Positions 1 through 13,011 of a stretch of 64,000 nt of DNA are shown here, one piece after another. The stretch covers positions 2,112,001-2,176,000 of the forward strand of contig CM000153.2 in the NCBI GenBank assembly GCA_000004695.1. Reading direction: 5' to 3'. Position 1 is the stretch's first letter; each line of letters starts with the position of its first letter. The notes beneath the pieces were generated by a model. That model made no database searches, was not told where the DNA came from, and worked only from the letters and a program-made list of their open reading frames with translations. The translations under genes and the position numbers were made by a program. This stretch comes from Dictyostelium discoideum (lineage: Eukaryota).

Positions 1-1587
<1,587 letters not shown>

Positions 1588-2371
1588 TTATTATATATAT
1601 TCTAATTTGAATATATTTTATATTTGTATCCTTGTTTGAAATTTTTTTTTTTTTTTTTTCTATATTTATTTGTATTTTAATTTAATTTTTATTTTTATTC
1701 TTATTTTAATTTTAATTTTTTTTTGTTGTGTTAATTTCAGATTGAGATTTCTTTTTTTTTTTTTTTATTTTTATTTTTATTTTTATTTTTTTATGTTGTT
1801 ATTATTTCAGAGTGTATGTGGTGAAATCTTTTTTAATATTTTTGTATTTATATATATTATTTAAAAAAAAGAAAATAATAAAAAAAAAAATAATTAAATA
1901 AAATTATTTTTACAGTGTGTTTCTTATTTTTACAACTAAATGTATGATTTTTAATAAAACACTTTTTTTTTATTTTTATTTTTTTTTTTTTTTTTTTTAA
2001 TTTTCTTCGGATAAAAAAAATCACTAGTGGTGGTTATGGTGTTTTTTTTTTTAATTTTTTTTTTTTTTTTTTTTTTTTTTTTCTCAGCAAAACAAATCGA
2101 CCAACGGCTCATTTTTTATTTTTATTTTTTTTGAATTTCCCATTTTGTTTTTTTTTTTTTCATAACCAAATTTGTAATCTATTTTTTAAACACCAAAATT
2201 TGGGGAATAAAGGCTAAAAAATTAAAATATCTATACCAAATTATTTATCTATTCTTTTAACATTTTCTAATTTTTTTTCCCAATTTTTTTTTTTCTTTTT
2301 TTTTTTTTCTTTTTATTTTTTTAAACCAATAATAGTCGCAATTACCAAAGCAGAAGCAATTAATTGTGATT

Positions 2372-2408
2372 TCAAATTCAAATTCAAATTCAAATTCAAA
2401 TTCAAATT
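2372..2408. repeat. (CAAATT)6 hexanucleotide tandem repeat in intergenic/promoter DNA
   Basis: caaattcaaattcaaattcaaattcaaattcaaa followed by an A17 run. Confidence 0.85.
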
Positions 2409-3023
2409 CAAAAAAAAAAAAAAAAAATAGTCAATGAAAACTGAAGAATTCTTAGCCTTTTGATTTGTTTGAATTGAATTAGCAACAACTAACAATACGT
2501 TACACTCCTGTTCTTGCACTTGCTACAGATACATACAATAGTGAAAAATATTATTTAATCGATTAAATAATCAAATAATCAAATAATTCTTTGGGTGAAG
2601 ATGGGTTTTTAGGTATTGTTGATAGAGTTAAATTATGATGACTAATTAAATATAGTCCATTTAAATTTTAAATATTGGTCATAAAGATTATCCAGAGAAA
2701 ATAGTAGGATATTAGTAATAGTTTAGGTGATAGAGATTGTATTTGTGGTAATAGTACAAATAGTAGTTCAAGTGGATCAACAAATTTTAATTAAAAATCA
2801 CCTGTTAATAATATTGTTAGTAAATAAAATAAGAAAACATAGGTTTTTAATTTTGAGTATAGTGATGATAGAAATTTATCAATCAAAGAATATTTGAAAA
2901 AGAGGAGATAATAGATAAAAAAACAAAAAAAAAAAAAAATTATAATAAAAATAAAATATAACATTTTAAATTATAAATTTTAAATTAGAAACAGAAATAT
3001 TTTTATTTATAATGAATAAAATT

Positions 3024-4681
3024 CTATTTAGGGGTTTTAACAAATCTAATCTTTTCTTCTTTGCTCTTTTTGGTTAATTTAATATAAAGAATACCATTAT
3101 TATGAACAAAATGAATATCTTTGGATGATGAAGTCTCAACAACAATGTGTGGAAATATATAAGACCACTCCATTAATTTGTTTTGGTTGAATTTAAAATC
3201 ATCATGGACAATAGTTTTTCCCTCATCATTATCATCATCCCCATTTGGACTAAATGATCTTGGTTTTGTACTAACGATTTTAATTTTCTTTGAATCACTA
3301 ATTTCTTCAATTGTCATTGCCAAATCATTCAAGTCGTATCCTGTACAATCCACATAGATATGGTAGTGGGTATTGTCTTCTTTAACTATTGAAGGCTGAG
3401 TGTTATTTACTTCATCAATAATTCCTACCATATTAAATCTAATGTTTGGACAATATGATAATGTTTCATTTTGAAGGGGTGGAGAAATTACAATGTTTTT
3501 TTTATCAACACTTCTACATAGTTTGAGATTTGGATGATCAATGTAGTATTTAATTAATTTATTTGATGATTCTATTACGTTGTTTACTAAGTCACCACTT
3601 TCTTTTTGAATAGCTGCAATTGATTGGACCCATTCTTTAAGTAATGAGAATGTTGGTACATTTGAAATTTGACCAGCTCTGGACTCTGGTGTTCCATCTA
3701 ATTTATTTTCATCTTGTGCAATTACAACATGTCTTGTACCATCGTCTTTATTGGTCCAGTAATGGCATTTACAACTTAGATTTTCACTTCTCACAGCATT
3801 AAATATAGTTTCAACCTCTTCAACAATAACAGTTTTCAATTTTTCAACAGTTCTTACATGAGAAAGATTATGGACAATAATAACGTTTGAAGCATTTTTT
3901 CCTGCAATTAAAGAATACTAATAAATAATTAATTAGTTTTTTTTTCAATTTAAATATATAATTTAAATATAAAATTATTAATTTATAAATTTACTTTTTG
4001 TTTAACTTGTTTAATGTATGATTGATCATCTCTTGTTAATCTATCAACAACAATTAATACAACATCTGATAAATGTAAAGCCAATTCTTGAAGGAATCTT
4101 TCAGTTGCTTCTGAATCTCTGATTGTGTAAGGTGGTTTAACTGGTTTCTGTGATCCTTGTGTATCTTTTTTTTAATAATTTCAAAAAATAAAAAAAAAAA
4201 TAATAATAAATTTCAATAAATAATAAATTAATTAAATGATAAAAAAATCATAAATACCCAATCCAATTAGAACATCAGACATTGTTGATCTTGAAGAAAC
4301 AACAGATAAACCTTCAGTATGTTGATAATAAGAACTATTCAAATTTAAACCAAATAATCTTGATAGAACATAGCTTTTACCTTTATTATATAGTCCAAGA
4401 GCACATACAATAGCCTTTCTCTTTCCTTGATTTAGATCATTTAATAGTTTTTTTTTTGTTTCACACATTTTTTCATTTGATGGAGCAGCAAAAGATTTGA
4501 TAGGAGCAAAAATTCCTCCTGGATTTTGGGATGTTTTTTCATAATAATCATAATATGGATAAGATATTGGCCATCCGGTTTTAATATCCAATAAATTTTC
4601 AATCTTTACCACCATATCATATAATTCTACTTTTTTATTCGGATCCCATTTAGAAGATATTGGTATGTCATATGGATCCAT
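3024..4681 (-). CDS. GBP/atlastin-like dynamin-superfamily P-loop GTPase, tandem paralogue A (3 exons)
   Basis: Exon 1 is ORF 4232..4681 down to donor GG|gtatttatg at about 4237: ...KRKAIVCALGLYNKGKSYVLSRLFGLNLNSSYYQHTEGLSVVSS. GLYNKGKS matches the GBP G1 box GLYRTGKS, and HTEG resembles DTEG. Exon 2 is about 4013-4175 (KKDTQGSQKPVKPPYTIRDSEATERFLQELALHLSDVVLIVVDRLTRDDQSYIKQVKQK), where LTRDD resembles the GBP G4 box TLRD. Exon 3 is about 3024-3905 (acceptor ttgcag, then GKNASNVIIVHNLSHVRTVEKLKTVIVEEVETIF... = ORF 3024..3839). Total about 500 aa. Confidence 0.7.
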
Positions 4682-5100
4682 TGAAAAACCTATAATATTA
4701 TTTACTTTTAACGATCACAACAATTTAAAAGGAACTAATTATTTGAAGTAAATTAATTAATATTAAAATAAAAAAAATAAAAAAAATTTTAAAAACAACC
4801 AGATTAATATATAAATAATAATATGTATAAAAAAAAACAAATAAAAAAATAAATAATTTAATAATATATATATAAAAATGAAATTTTTTTTTTTAAAAAA
4901 AAACAATTTAAATATTTTTGATGTTCAAATAAATTTTATAAATAAATTTATTTTTTAAAAATAAAAAATTTAAATAATAATTAATTTTTAAATTTAATGA
5001 TAATAATAGAAAAAAAAAACAATCAATGATTTTCAAAATTTTATTATAAAATTGAAAGGTTGATAATAAAAATAAAAAAAAAAAGTGTGAATGCCTTAGT

Positions 5101-5190
5101 CAAGTTTTTTTTTTTTTTTTTGTGTGTTTGTGTTTTATGTGTGTGTGTGTTTAAGTTTTATGTGTGTGTGTGTTTGTTTATAAAAAATGT
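5101..5190. repeat. GT-rich (GT)n/(GTTT)n simple repeat
   Basis: tgtgtgtttgtgttttatgtgtgtgtgtgtttaagttttatgtgtgtgtgtgtttgttt. A shorter copy sits at the equivalent place of the duplicate unit (8288-8300). Confidence 0.8.
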
Positions 5191-5827
5191 GGTTTGTGTG
5201 TTTGATTAGATGTTACTTTAATTTTTGAGATTTCCAAAAAAAAAAAAAATTTTGACTGTTTTTTTAATGAAAATCTCCATTAAAGATCAATGAAAGAATT
5301 TATTCAAAAATTGTATAAAATAATTTTTTATTGTTTTTATTGTTTTTTATTTATAGAAAGGGGTATGATTAATTTTTTAAAAAAATATTATTTGAAAAAA
5401 AAAAAATTTAATAATAGTGTAGTTTTTATTATTAAATCACTGAAAAAAAGATTCAATTAAAAATTAATGGGATAATCTAATTTTAGATAAATTAAATTTG
5501 TGATCAAAGATTACCAACATTACTTAAAAAAATGAGAAATAAATTTAATTCAAATTATATTTATTTTATTTTATTTTTAATAATAATAAAAATTAATATA
5601 ATAAAATGATTATGATTTGAAACTTTGTATTATGTTTACCGTTACCATTGATCCTGTTAGTCCTTCTGGTATGGACATCATAGAACTTGTGATGCACATT
5701 ATTATTTAATCAATAATATTGATATTGTAGGGAGTTAACATCCCCTATTAATGGCTGGGTATAGTAGAATTGCCATGTTGATTTTGATGTTCATAATTAT
5801 GGCAAAGGTAGTAAAGAGATCAGTTTG

Positions 5828-5862
<35 letters not shown>

Positions 5863-6135
5863 AATAAACAAAATAAATAAAAAAACTAAGGTTATATTGG
5901 TTAATTTTTAAATAAGGATTTTGATATCTGTTTTTTAATTTTTTAATTTTTTTTTAAAGTATCTGGCCAAAAAAATTTATCCTTATGTCCAACTAGTTGC
6001 AAAAAACAACATTAAACTAATGGTTTAAATAGAATTTTTAAAAAAGAGAAGATAATAAATAAAAAACAAAAAAAGTATTATAAAAAAAAAATTTAAAATT
6101 AGAAACAGAAATATTTTTTTTATTGAAATAAAACT

Positions 6136-7774
6136 CTATTTAGGGGTTTTAACAAATCTAATCTTTTCTTCTTTGCTCTTTTTGGTTAATTTAATATAAA
6201 GAATACCATTATTATGAACAAAATCAATATCCTTGGACGATGAAGTCTCAACAACAATATGTGGAAATATATAAGACCACTCCATTAATTTGTTTTGGTT
6301 GAATTTAAAATCATCATGGACAATGGTTTTACCTTTATCATCTTCTTCCCCGTTTGGACTAAATGATCTTGGTTTTGCACTAACAATTTTAATTTGCTTA
6401 GAATCATTAGTTTCTTCAATTGTCATTGCCAAATCATTCAAGTCGTATCCTGTACAATCCACATAGATATGGTAGTGGGTATTATCTTCTTTAACTATTG
6501 AAGGTTGAGTGTTATTTACTTCATCAATAATTCCTACCATATTAAATCTAATGTTTGGATAATATGATAAAGTTTCATTTTGAAGGGGTGGAGAAATTAC
6601 AATGCTTTTTTTATCATCAGTTCTACATAGTTTGAGATTTGGATGATCAATGTAGTATTTAATTAATTTATTTGATGATTCTACAATGCTATTTACTAAG
6701 TCACCACTTTCTTTTTGAATAGCTGCAATTGATTGGATCCATTCTTTAAGTAATGAGAATGTTGGTGCATTTGAAATTTGACCAGCTCTGGACTCTGGTT
6801 TTCCATCTAATCTATTTTCATCTTGTGCAATTACAACATGTCTTGTACCATCGTCTTTATTGGTCCAGTAAGGGCATTTACAATTTGGATTTTCACTTCT
6901 TTTAGCATTAAACAAAGTCTCAACTTCTTCCAAGATAACAGCATCTAATTGTTCAACAGTTCTTACATGCGAAAGATTATGGACAATAATAACGTTTGAA
7001 ACAAGTTTTCCTGCAATTAAAGAATACTAATAAATAATTAATTAGTTTTTTTAAAACAATTAAATTATTTTAAAAAATTTTTAATTTATAAATTTACTTT
7101 TTGTTTAACTTGTTTAATGTATGATTGATCATCTCTTGTTAATCTATCAACAACAATTAATACAACATCTGATAAATGTAAAGCCAATTCTTGAAGGAAT
7201 CTTTCAGTTGCTTCTGAATCTCTGATTGTGTAAGGTGTTTTAACTGGTTTCTGTGATCCTTTAGTGTCTTTTTTTAAAAATAAAAATATTAATAACTTCA
7301 ATAAATAAAAAATAAATTAAATGATTAAATAATAAAAAAATCAAAAATACCCAATCCAATTAGAACATCAGACATTGTTGATCTTGAAGAAACAACAGAT
7401 AAACCTTCAGTATGTTGATAATAAGAACTCTTTAAATTTAAACCAAATAATCTTGATAGAACATAGCTTTTACCTTTATTATATAGTCCAAGAGCACATA
7501 CAATAGCCTTTCTCTTTCCTTCATTAAGATCACCTAATAGTTTTTGTTTTGTTTCATTCATTTTTTCATTTGACGGAGCAATCAAAGATTTGAATGGACC
7601 TAAAATTCCTCCTGGGTTTTGTGCTGTTTTTTCATAATGTTCTGAAAATGGATAGGATATTGGCCATCCGGTTTTAATATCCAATACATTATCAATTTTT
7701 AATACCAAATCATATAATTCTTCTTCTGTCTTTGGATCCCATTTAGTGGATTTTGGTATTTCACATGGATCCAT
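6136..7774 (-). CDS. GBP/atlastin-like dynamin-superfamily GTPase, tandem paralogue B (3 exons)
   Basis: Same architecture as paralogue A. Exon 1 is ORF 7325..7774 (MDPCEIPKSTKWDP...KRKAIVCALGLYNKGKSYVLSRLFGLNLKSSYYQHTEGLSVVSS). Exon 2 is about 7110-7270 (ORF 7086..7301 carries ...SDVVLIVVDRLTRDDQSYIKQVKQK then gtaaat). Exon 3 is 6136-about 7010 (ORF 6136..6933). Protein identity to copy A is about 85-90%. The flanks are also collinear. Confidence 0.7.
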
Positions 7775-8825
7775 TGATTTGAAAAATCTATAAAATTTTG
7801 TTATTTTTAACGAGTGGTCACAAATAAAGGAACAAATTATTTAGAGCAAATAAATGATTTGGGGCAAATGAATTATTTTTTGAAAAAAAAAAAAAAAAAA
7901 AAAAATAAAATATTAATAAAAATAAAAATATATATTAAAACAAGTAGATTTAAATATAAAATATAAATTTAAATGAAAAAAAAACAAATTTAACAATAAA
8001 TAATTTAATAATATATATAATGAAATTTTTTTTTTAAAAAAAAAAACAATTTAAATATTTTGGATGTTCACACAGAAATAAAAAAATTAATTTTTTAAAA
8101 ATTATTATTTTAAAAAATTAATTTTTTAAAAATAATTTAATTCTAAAAATAGAAAAAAACAATCAATGATTTTCAAATTTTCAAAATTTTATTATGCAAT
8201 TGTAATGTTGATCATAATTTTCTAAATAAAAAAAAAGTGTGTGAATTATTTTTATTTTTTTTTTTTTTTTTTTTTTTTTTATTTTTTTTTTTTATGTGTG
8301 TGTTTATTTATAAAATGTGGTTTGAGTGTTTTTGGTTAGAGGTTAATTTCAAAAAAAAAAAAAATTTTGACTGTTATTTTAATGAAAATCTCCTTTAAAG
8401 ATCAAAGAAATAATTTATTAAAAATAGTAAATATTAATTTTTTATTATTTTTGATTGTTTTATTTATTGAAGGGTATGATTAATTTTAAAAAAAATGATT
8501 ATTTGAAAAAAAAAAAAAAAAAATTAAATACTAGTGTTTTATTATTATTATTATTAAATCACTATAAAAAAGATTCAAAAAAAATTATTGGGATAATCTA
8601 TTTTAAGATAAATGGAGTTATATCAAATATTACCTGGTAATATTAACTTAAAAAAATGAGAAAATAAATTTTATTCAAATCATATTTATTTTATTTTATT
8701 AAATTTTTATTATTATTATTATTATCATTAATTTTATTTTTATTTTTATTTTTATTTTTATTTTTATTTTTATTATTATTTATTTTTTATTATTATTATT
8801 ATTATTATTTTTATTAGTATTATTA

Positions 8826-9437
8826 TTAACAGAAAATTTCATTATAAAAGTCTCTGTATAATTGAATACCAAGATTGATATCATCAACATTTGAATTTTC
8901 TTTTTCCAAAACATTTAATAATTTGATACCATGACCATTTTCAGAATCTACTGAATCAGCTTCATTATGAATATCAATGTATGTGGTATCTTTAACACCA
9001 ATTTTTGATAATTCATTTTCAAGATCTTTTAAAAATCCAGCTGCTAATTCATTTACAATTAAAAATGATAAAATTACCATTGGTCTATTAATATGATTGT
9101 AGACTTTTTTTGCTATTCTATAACCTTCTGAATAATGATGTAATTTGTATTCCCCCAATTGAGAAAAATAATCCAAACATAAAATTGAATGATTACCTTC
9201 ACCACTAAGACCAAACATTTCATCCTTACAATTTTCTTCAGTTAATTGACCACCAATTTTTTTGATTAACAATGAATTTACCCACATTGTAAAATGAGGT
9301 TGGATTGCTTGAGCATATATTTGAAGATTATCAATTGTATATTTGTAATTTTTTCTATCTTCTTCAATTACTCTTTCCATTTCCCTGTATACTTCATCTC
9401 TTTTATTATTTTTTACATACATTATATTTTCAACCAT
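8826..9437 (-). CDS. Hypothetical protein of about 203 aa, possibly a haem-oxygenase-like / TenA-PqqC-type helical fold
   Basis: ORF 8826..9509. The first 24 codons (MFSFFSIFFFFFH...) are read-through of a poly-A tract. The plausible start is M at 9437 (MVENIMYVKNNKRDEVYREMERVIEE...). It has a D.H...E..H-like pattern (IDIHNEADSVDSENGHG). No family is recognised with confidence. Confidence 0.5.
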   Translation of the reverse strand: MVENIMYVKNNKRDEVYREMERVIEEDRKNYKYTIDNLQIYAQAIQPHFTMWVNSLLIKKIGGQLTEENCKDEMFGLSGEGNHSILCLDYFSQLGEYKLHHYSEGYRIAKKVYNHINRPMVILSFLIVNELAAGFLKDLENELSKIGVKDTTYIDIHNEADSVDSENGHGIKLLNVLEKENSNVDDINLGIQLYRDFYNEIFC

Positions 9438-10156
9438 TTTAATAATAAAAATTATATTGATATACAGAAAATGAAAAAAAAAAAAGAAAATAGAAAAAAA
9501 AGAAAACAAAAAGTATTTATTGTTTTTTAAAAAAAAAAAATAAATAATAATATTTATTAAAAAAAAAAAAACTTATTTTAAATATATAAATATGTTTTTT
9601 TTTAAAAAAAAAACAATTCCATAATAATATAAAACAGTAATATAAAAAAAAATTATTAAAAAAGGATTTTTTATTTATCTTTTTTAGTGAATCTTGTTTT
9701 TAAAAGATTGGGAGATTTGAAAAAAAAAAAAAGTGTTATTCTAAAAATGGAAAAGATGAATTTTTTTAATATTAAATTTTTTAAAATTACCCCTTCTTTT
9801 TAAAAAAACATTAAATAAATATTGAAAGCATGTCCAATTGTGACAATAAAGAAAAAAATCTATATATGAACTACTGGAAAATGATAACATATATTTTTTA
9901 AAATAAATAGTAAACGTCTTTTTTAATGAATAGATATTTATATCCCATATAATTTTATTTTCAAATATAAGATTTAAAATCTTTTTTTTAAAATTTTATC
10001 TATTGTTATATTTACTATTATAATTATTTTAATATTATTATTAATATTTTTTTTGTTATTATAATTGTTATTTTTATTTTAATTTTTTTTTTAATTTTTA
10101 TTTAATTTTTTATTTTTATATTTATTTTATTAAAAAATTTTTAGATCATAAATATT

Positions 10157-10193
<37 letters not shown>

Positions 10194-11219
10194 AAAAAAT
10201 GAAAATGAAAATGATTTTTTAAAACCAATAAATAAAAATGAATTTCAATAACTTGTTTTATAATAAAACCATGGTGAATAATATATTGATTTTGATTTTA
10301 AAGTTTTAATTGTTTATGAAACAAAAAATTAAATTTTTTTTTTATTTTTTTTTTTATTATTATTATTAATTAAAAATGAAAGGAATATAACTTTATTGAT
10401 ATTGATTTTGCAAACCATAAAAAAATGGCCAAAAAAAAAAGTTTAAGATAATTAAAAAATTTTAAAAAAAAAAAAATAAAAAAAAATCTATTTTGGGTGC
10501 TGGATTTTTTGAAAATGATGCTTGGATGCAGGGATTTTTTGAAATGATGTTTGGATGATTGGTACTCAATATTTGAATGGTTTACATGGTAAAATAATAA
10601 TAATAGCTATTAACAACTTAGATCTTTTGATCTTTTTTTTTTTTTTTTTTTTTTGTTTTTTGTTTTTTTTTTTTTTTTTTTGGGGGGTTTTTTTTTTTGA
10701 AAAAAAAAAAAAATATAAAAATATAAAAATAAATTAAATGATTGTTGGGGACCACTTCACCCACACAAACGCTGTGTGAAAATTAATTAATTCATTCTTT
10801 AATTTTTTTTTTTTATTTTTTTTAAAAAAAAAAAAAAAAATTAAAAAAAAACAAAAACAAAATAATCTCCCTCGAGATTATTGAATTCATCTTCTAAAAA
10901 TATTAATATTGTGTTTGTTTGATCGGTTTACAATTCTTTTTTTACCCTCATTATAATCCAGTTATAAATTCTTTATTTTATGAAACCAAAATAAAAAAAA
11001 TAAAAACAAAATAAAATAAAAAATAGTTATTAAAAAAAAAAAAAAAAAAAAAATTCTAATCAAAAATAAAAATAATAAATAAAAACTAAAAAGAAACCAA
11101 AAAAAAAAAAAAAAAATTAACATTTTTAATAAAAAATAAATAAAAAAAGTATATTTATAATTTTTAAATAAAATTTTTAATATAAATATTGTAAAATAAA
11201 AATAAAAAATAATAATAAA

Positions 11220-12500
11220 ATGTATATATTGAATAATATTATTAATAATAATGAAAATAATTTAGATTATATTGAAAATTTATTTTTTAAAGTTTTTAGA
11301 AATAAATATTTAAGATATAATATATCAAGACAATTAAAATTATATCAAAAGATTAATAAATTCTCATCGAATGAGATTAATTCTTTCAATATTGATACTT
11401 TGAATAATTTTCCATATAGAGAATATTTATTAGATTTACATATTGGAGTATTTGGATTATCAGTTGATCCAATAGAGGGAACGATCTTATTAAACAAATC
11501 ACAAGCAAGTCATAAATGCGATTATCCAATCCCAGAGAATTGTATTCCATCATCAGTTATTAGAATAACAATTAATATTGATAGAGCAATTTCAAAGAAT
11601 GTATTACCATCTAATATAGTTTCATTAAATTTTGGTTATTGTTTCAATCAAATTATTGAACCTTTCACTCTACCAAATACAATTGAAACCATTAACTTTG
11701 GATATATGTTTAATCAAGAAATTAATAAAGATTGTCTCCCAAAAAATTTAAAAACTTTATACTTGGGTTACTCATTCGATAAAACAATTGGAAAGGCTGT
11801 TTTACCAAACTCATTAACCTCTTTGAAATTTTCAAATAATTTCAATCAACCCATTGAAAGTGGTACTCTACCATTAGGTTTGACTGAACTTATTTTTGGT
11901 AATAAATGGAATCAAAGATTTAAAAAAAATTCAATTATAATACCACCAAATGTAAAAATTTTAAAACTAGGTTACAAATTTGATCAAATTATAAAACCAG
12001 GTACTATTCCAGCATCAGTTACTGATCTTTGTATTCAAGGTCAATTTAATAAACCATTTCTAATTGGTAGTATTCCAAATTCAGTAAAGAAATTAACTAT
12101 TGAAGGAAAATACAACCAATGTTTAAAAGCTGGAATCATTCCATCATCAGTTACAAACCTATGTTTTTCAAATAGTTTTAATCAACCACTTTATCCGGGT
12201 TGTATTCCAATGGGTATTACAACACTTTACATTGGTAATAGTTTTAATCAACCATTACATAAAAATAGTATTCCAGAATCAGTAACCTCATTAACATTAG
12301 GTAATTCTTTCAATCAACCAATTATTGATGTAATTCCACAATCTGTTAAAACTTTATCAATATCTTCACTTTATAATAATCATATAATATCTGATACTTC
12401 AAAAATTCCAAATTCAATTGAAACTTTAATTATAGCTGGTAAATTTAATATCACTTTACCAAATTTATTTTCAAATTCAAAATTAATTTTATTAAAATAG
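11220..12500 (+). CDS. FNIP-repeat protein (single exon, 426 aa)
   Basis: ORF 11220..12500 holds about 14 tandem 22-aa repeats of the form LP.s(I/L)..L.FG..FNQ(P)I..g.(I/L)P.. , for example LNFGYCFNQIIEPFTLPNTIETINFGYMFNQEI.... This is the canonical FNIP repeat (Pfam PF05725), which expands in Dictyostelium. Confidence 0.9.
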   Translation: MYILNNIINNNENNLDYIENLFFKVFRNKYLRYNISRQLKLYQKINKFSSNEINSFNIDTLNNFPYREYLLDLHIGVFGLSVDPIEGTILLNKSQASHKCDYPIPENCIPSSVIRITINIDRAISKNVLPSNIVSLNFGYCFNQIIEPFTLPNTIETINFGYMFNQEINKDCLPKNLKTLYLGYSFDKTIGKAVLPNSLTSLKFSNNFNQPIESGTLPLGLTELIFGNKWNQRFKKNSIIIPPNVKILKLGYKFDQIIKPGTIPASVTDLCIQGQFNKPFLIGSIPNSVKKLTIEGKYNQCLKAGIIPSSVTNLCFSNSFNQPLYPGCIPMGITTLYIGNSFNQPLHKNSIPESVTSLTLGNSFNQPIIDVIPQSVKTLSISSLYNNHIISDTSKIPNSIETLIIAGKFNITLPNLFSNSKLILLK

Positions 12501-13011
12501 TTTGATCTTTGTAAATTAAAATTAAAAAATTAATAAAAACAAAAAGTTATAATATTTTTAAAACCATATCATATATGATTTTTCTTTTTTTTTTTTTTTT
12601 TTTTTTTTTTGGAAGGATACCTAGTCTTTGTTTTTGGTTTCAATAGATGATTAAAAAAGATATAAAGGGTGAATATAGATAATTTCGAACACTAAAATTA
12701 ATGATTAAAGAGCCTAATTTTAAAAAAAAAAATTAGGTCAGAGAATAAATTTATTTAAAAAATAAAAAAAAAACATTTTTCTAAATTAAGGAATAATTTT
12801 TATAGAGAATCTGATTAATTTTTTCTTTTTCAAACAAAACATTTATTTTTTTTTATTTTTTTATTTTATTGTGTTTATAATATATTTTTTTAAAAAATTA
12901 TATAAATTTGATTTATTGATATGATATTAAGTGATCATTAAAATTTTTTAATTTCTATAACTTCATTATTTAATTTTTTCAATTCCCAATACTTTTTTAA
13001 TTAAACACTAA

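Noticed and set aside
1670-2520. ORFs 1670..1864 (+) and 2313..2519 (-)
   Set aside because: Poly-F/poly-K/poly-N peptides generated by T- and A-homopolymers and the CAAATT repeat in intergenic DNA.
8660-8830. Periodic 'tttttatttttatttttattttt' and (ATT)n arrays, and similar AAAATAAAAA arrays at 18360-18480 and 29440-29500: checked for CRISPR-like repeat/spacer structure
   Set aside because: They are simple A/T-only periodic runs with no unique spacers. The genome is eukaryotic.
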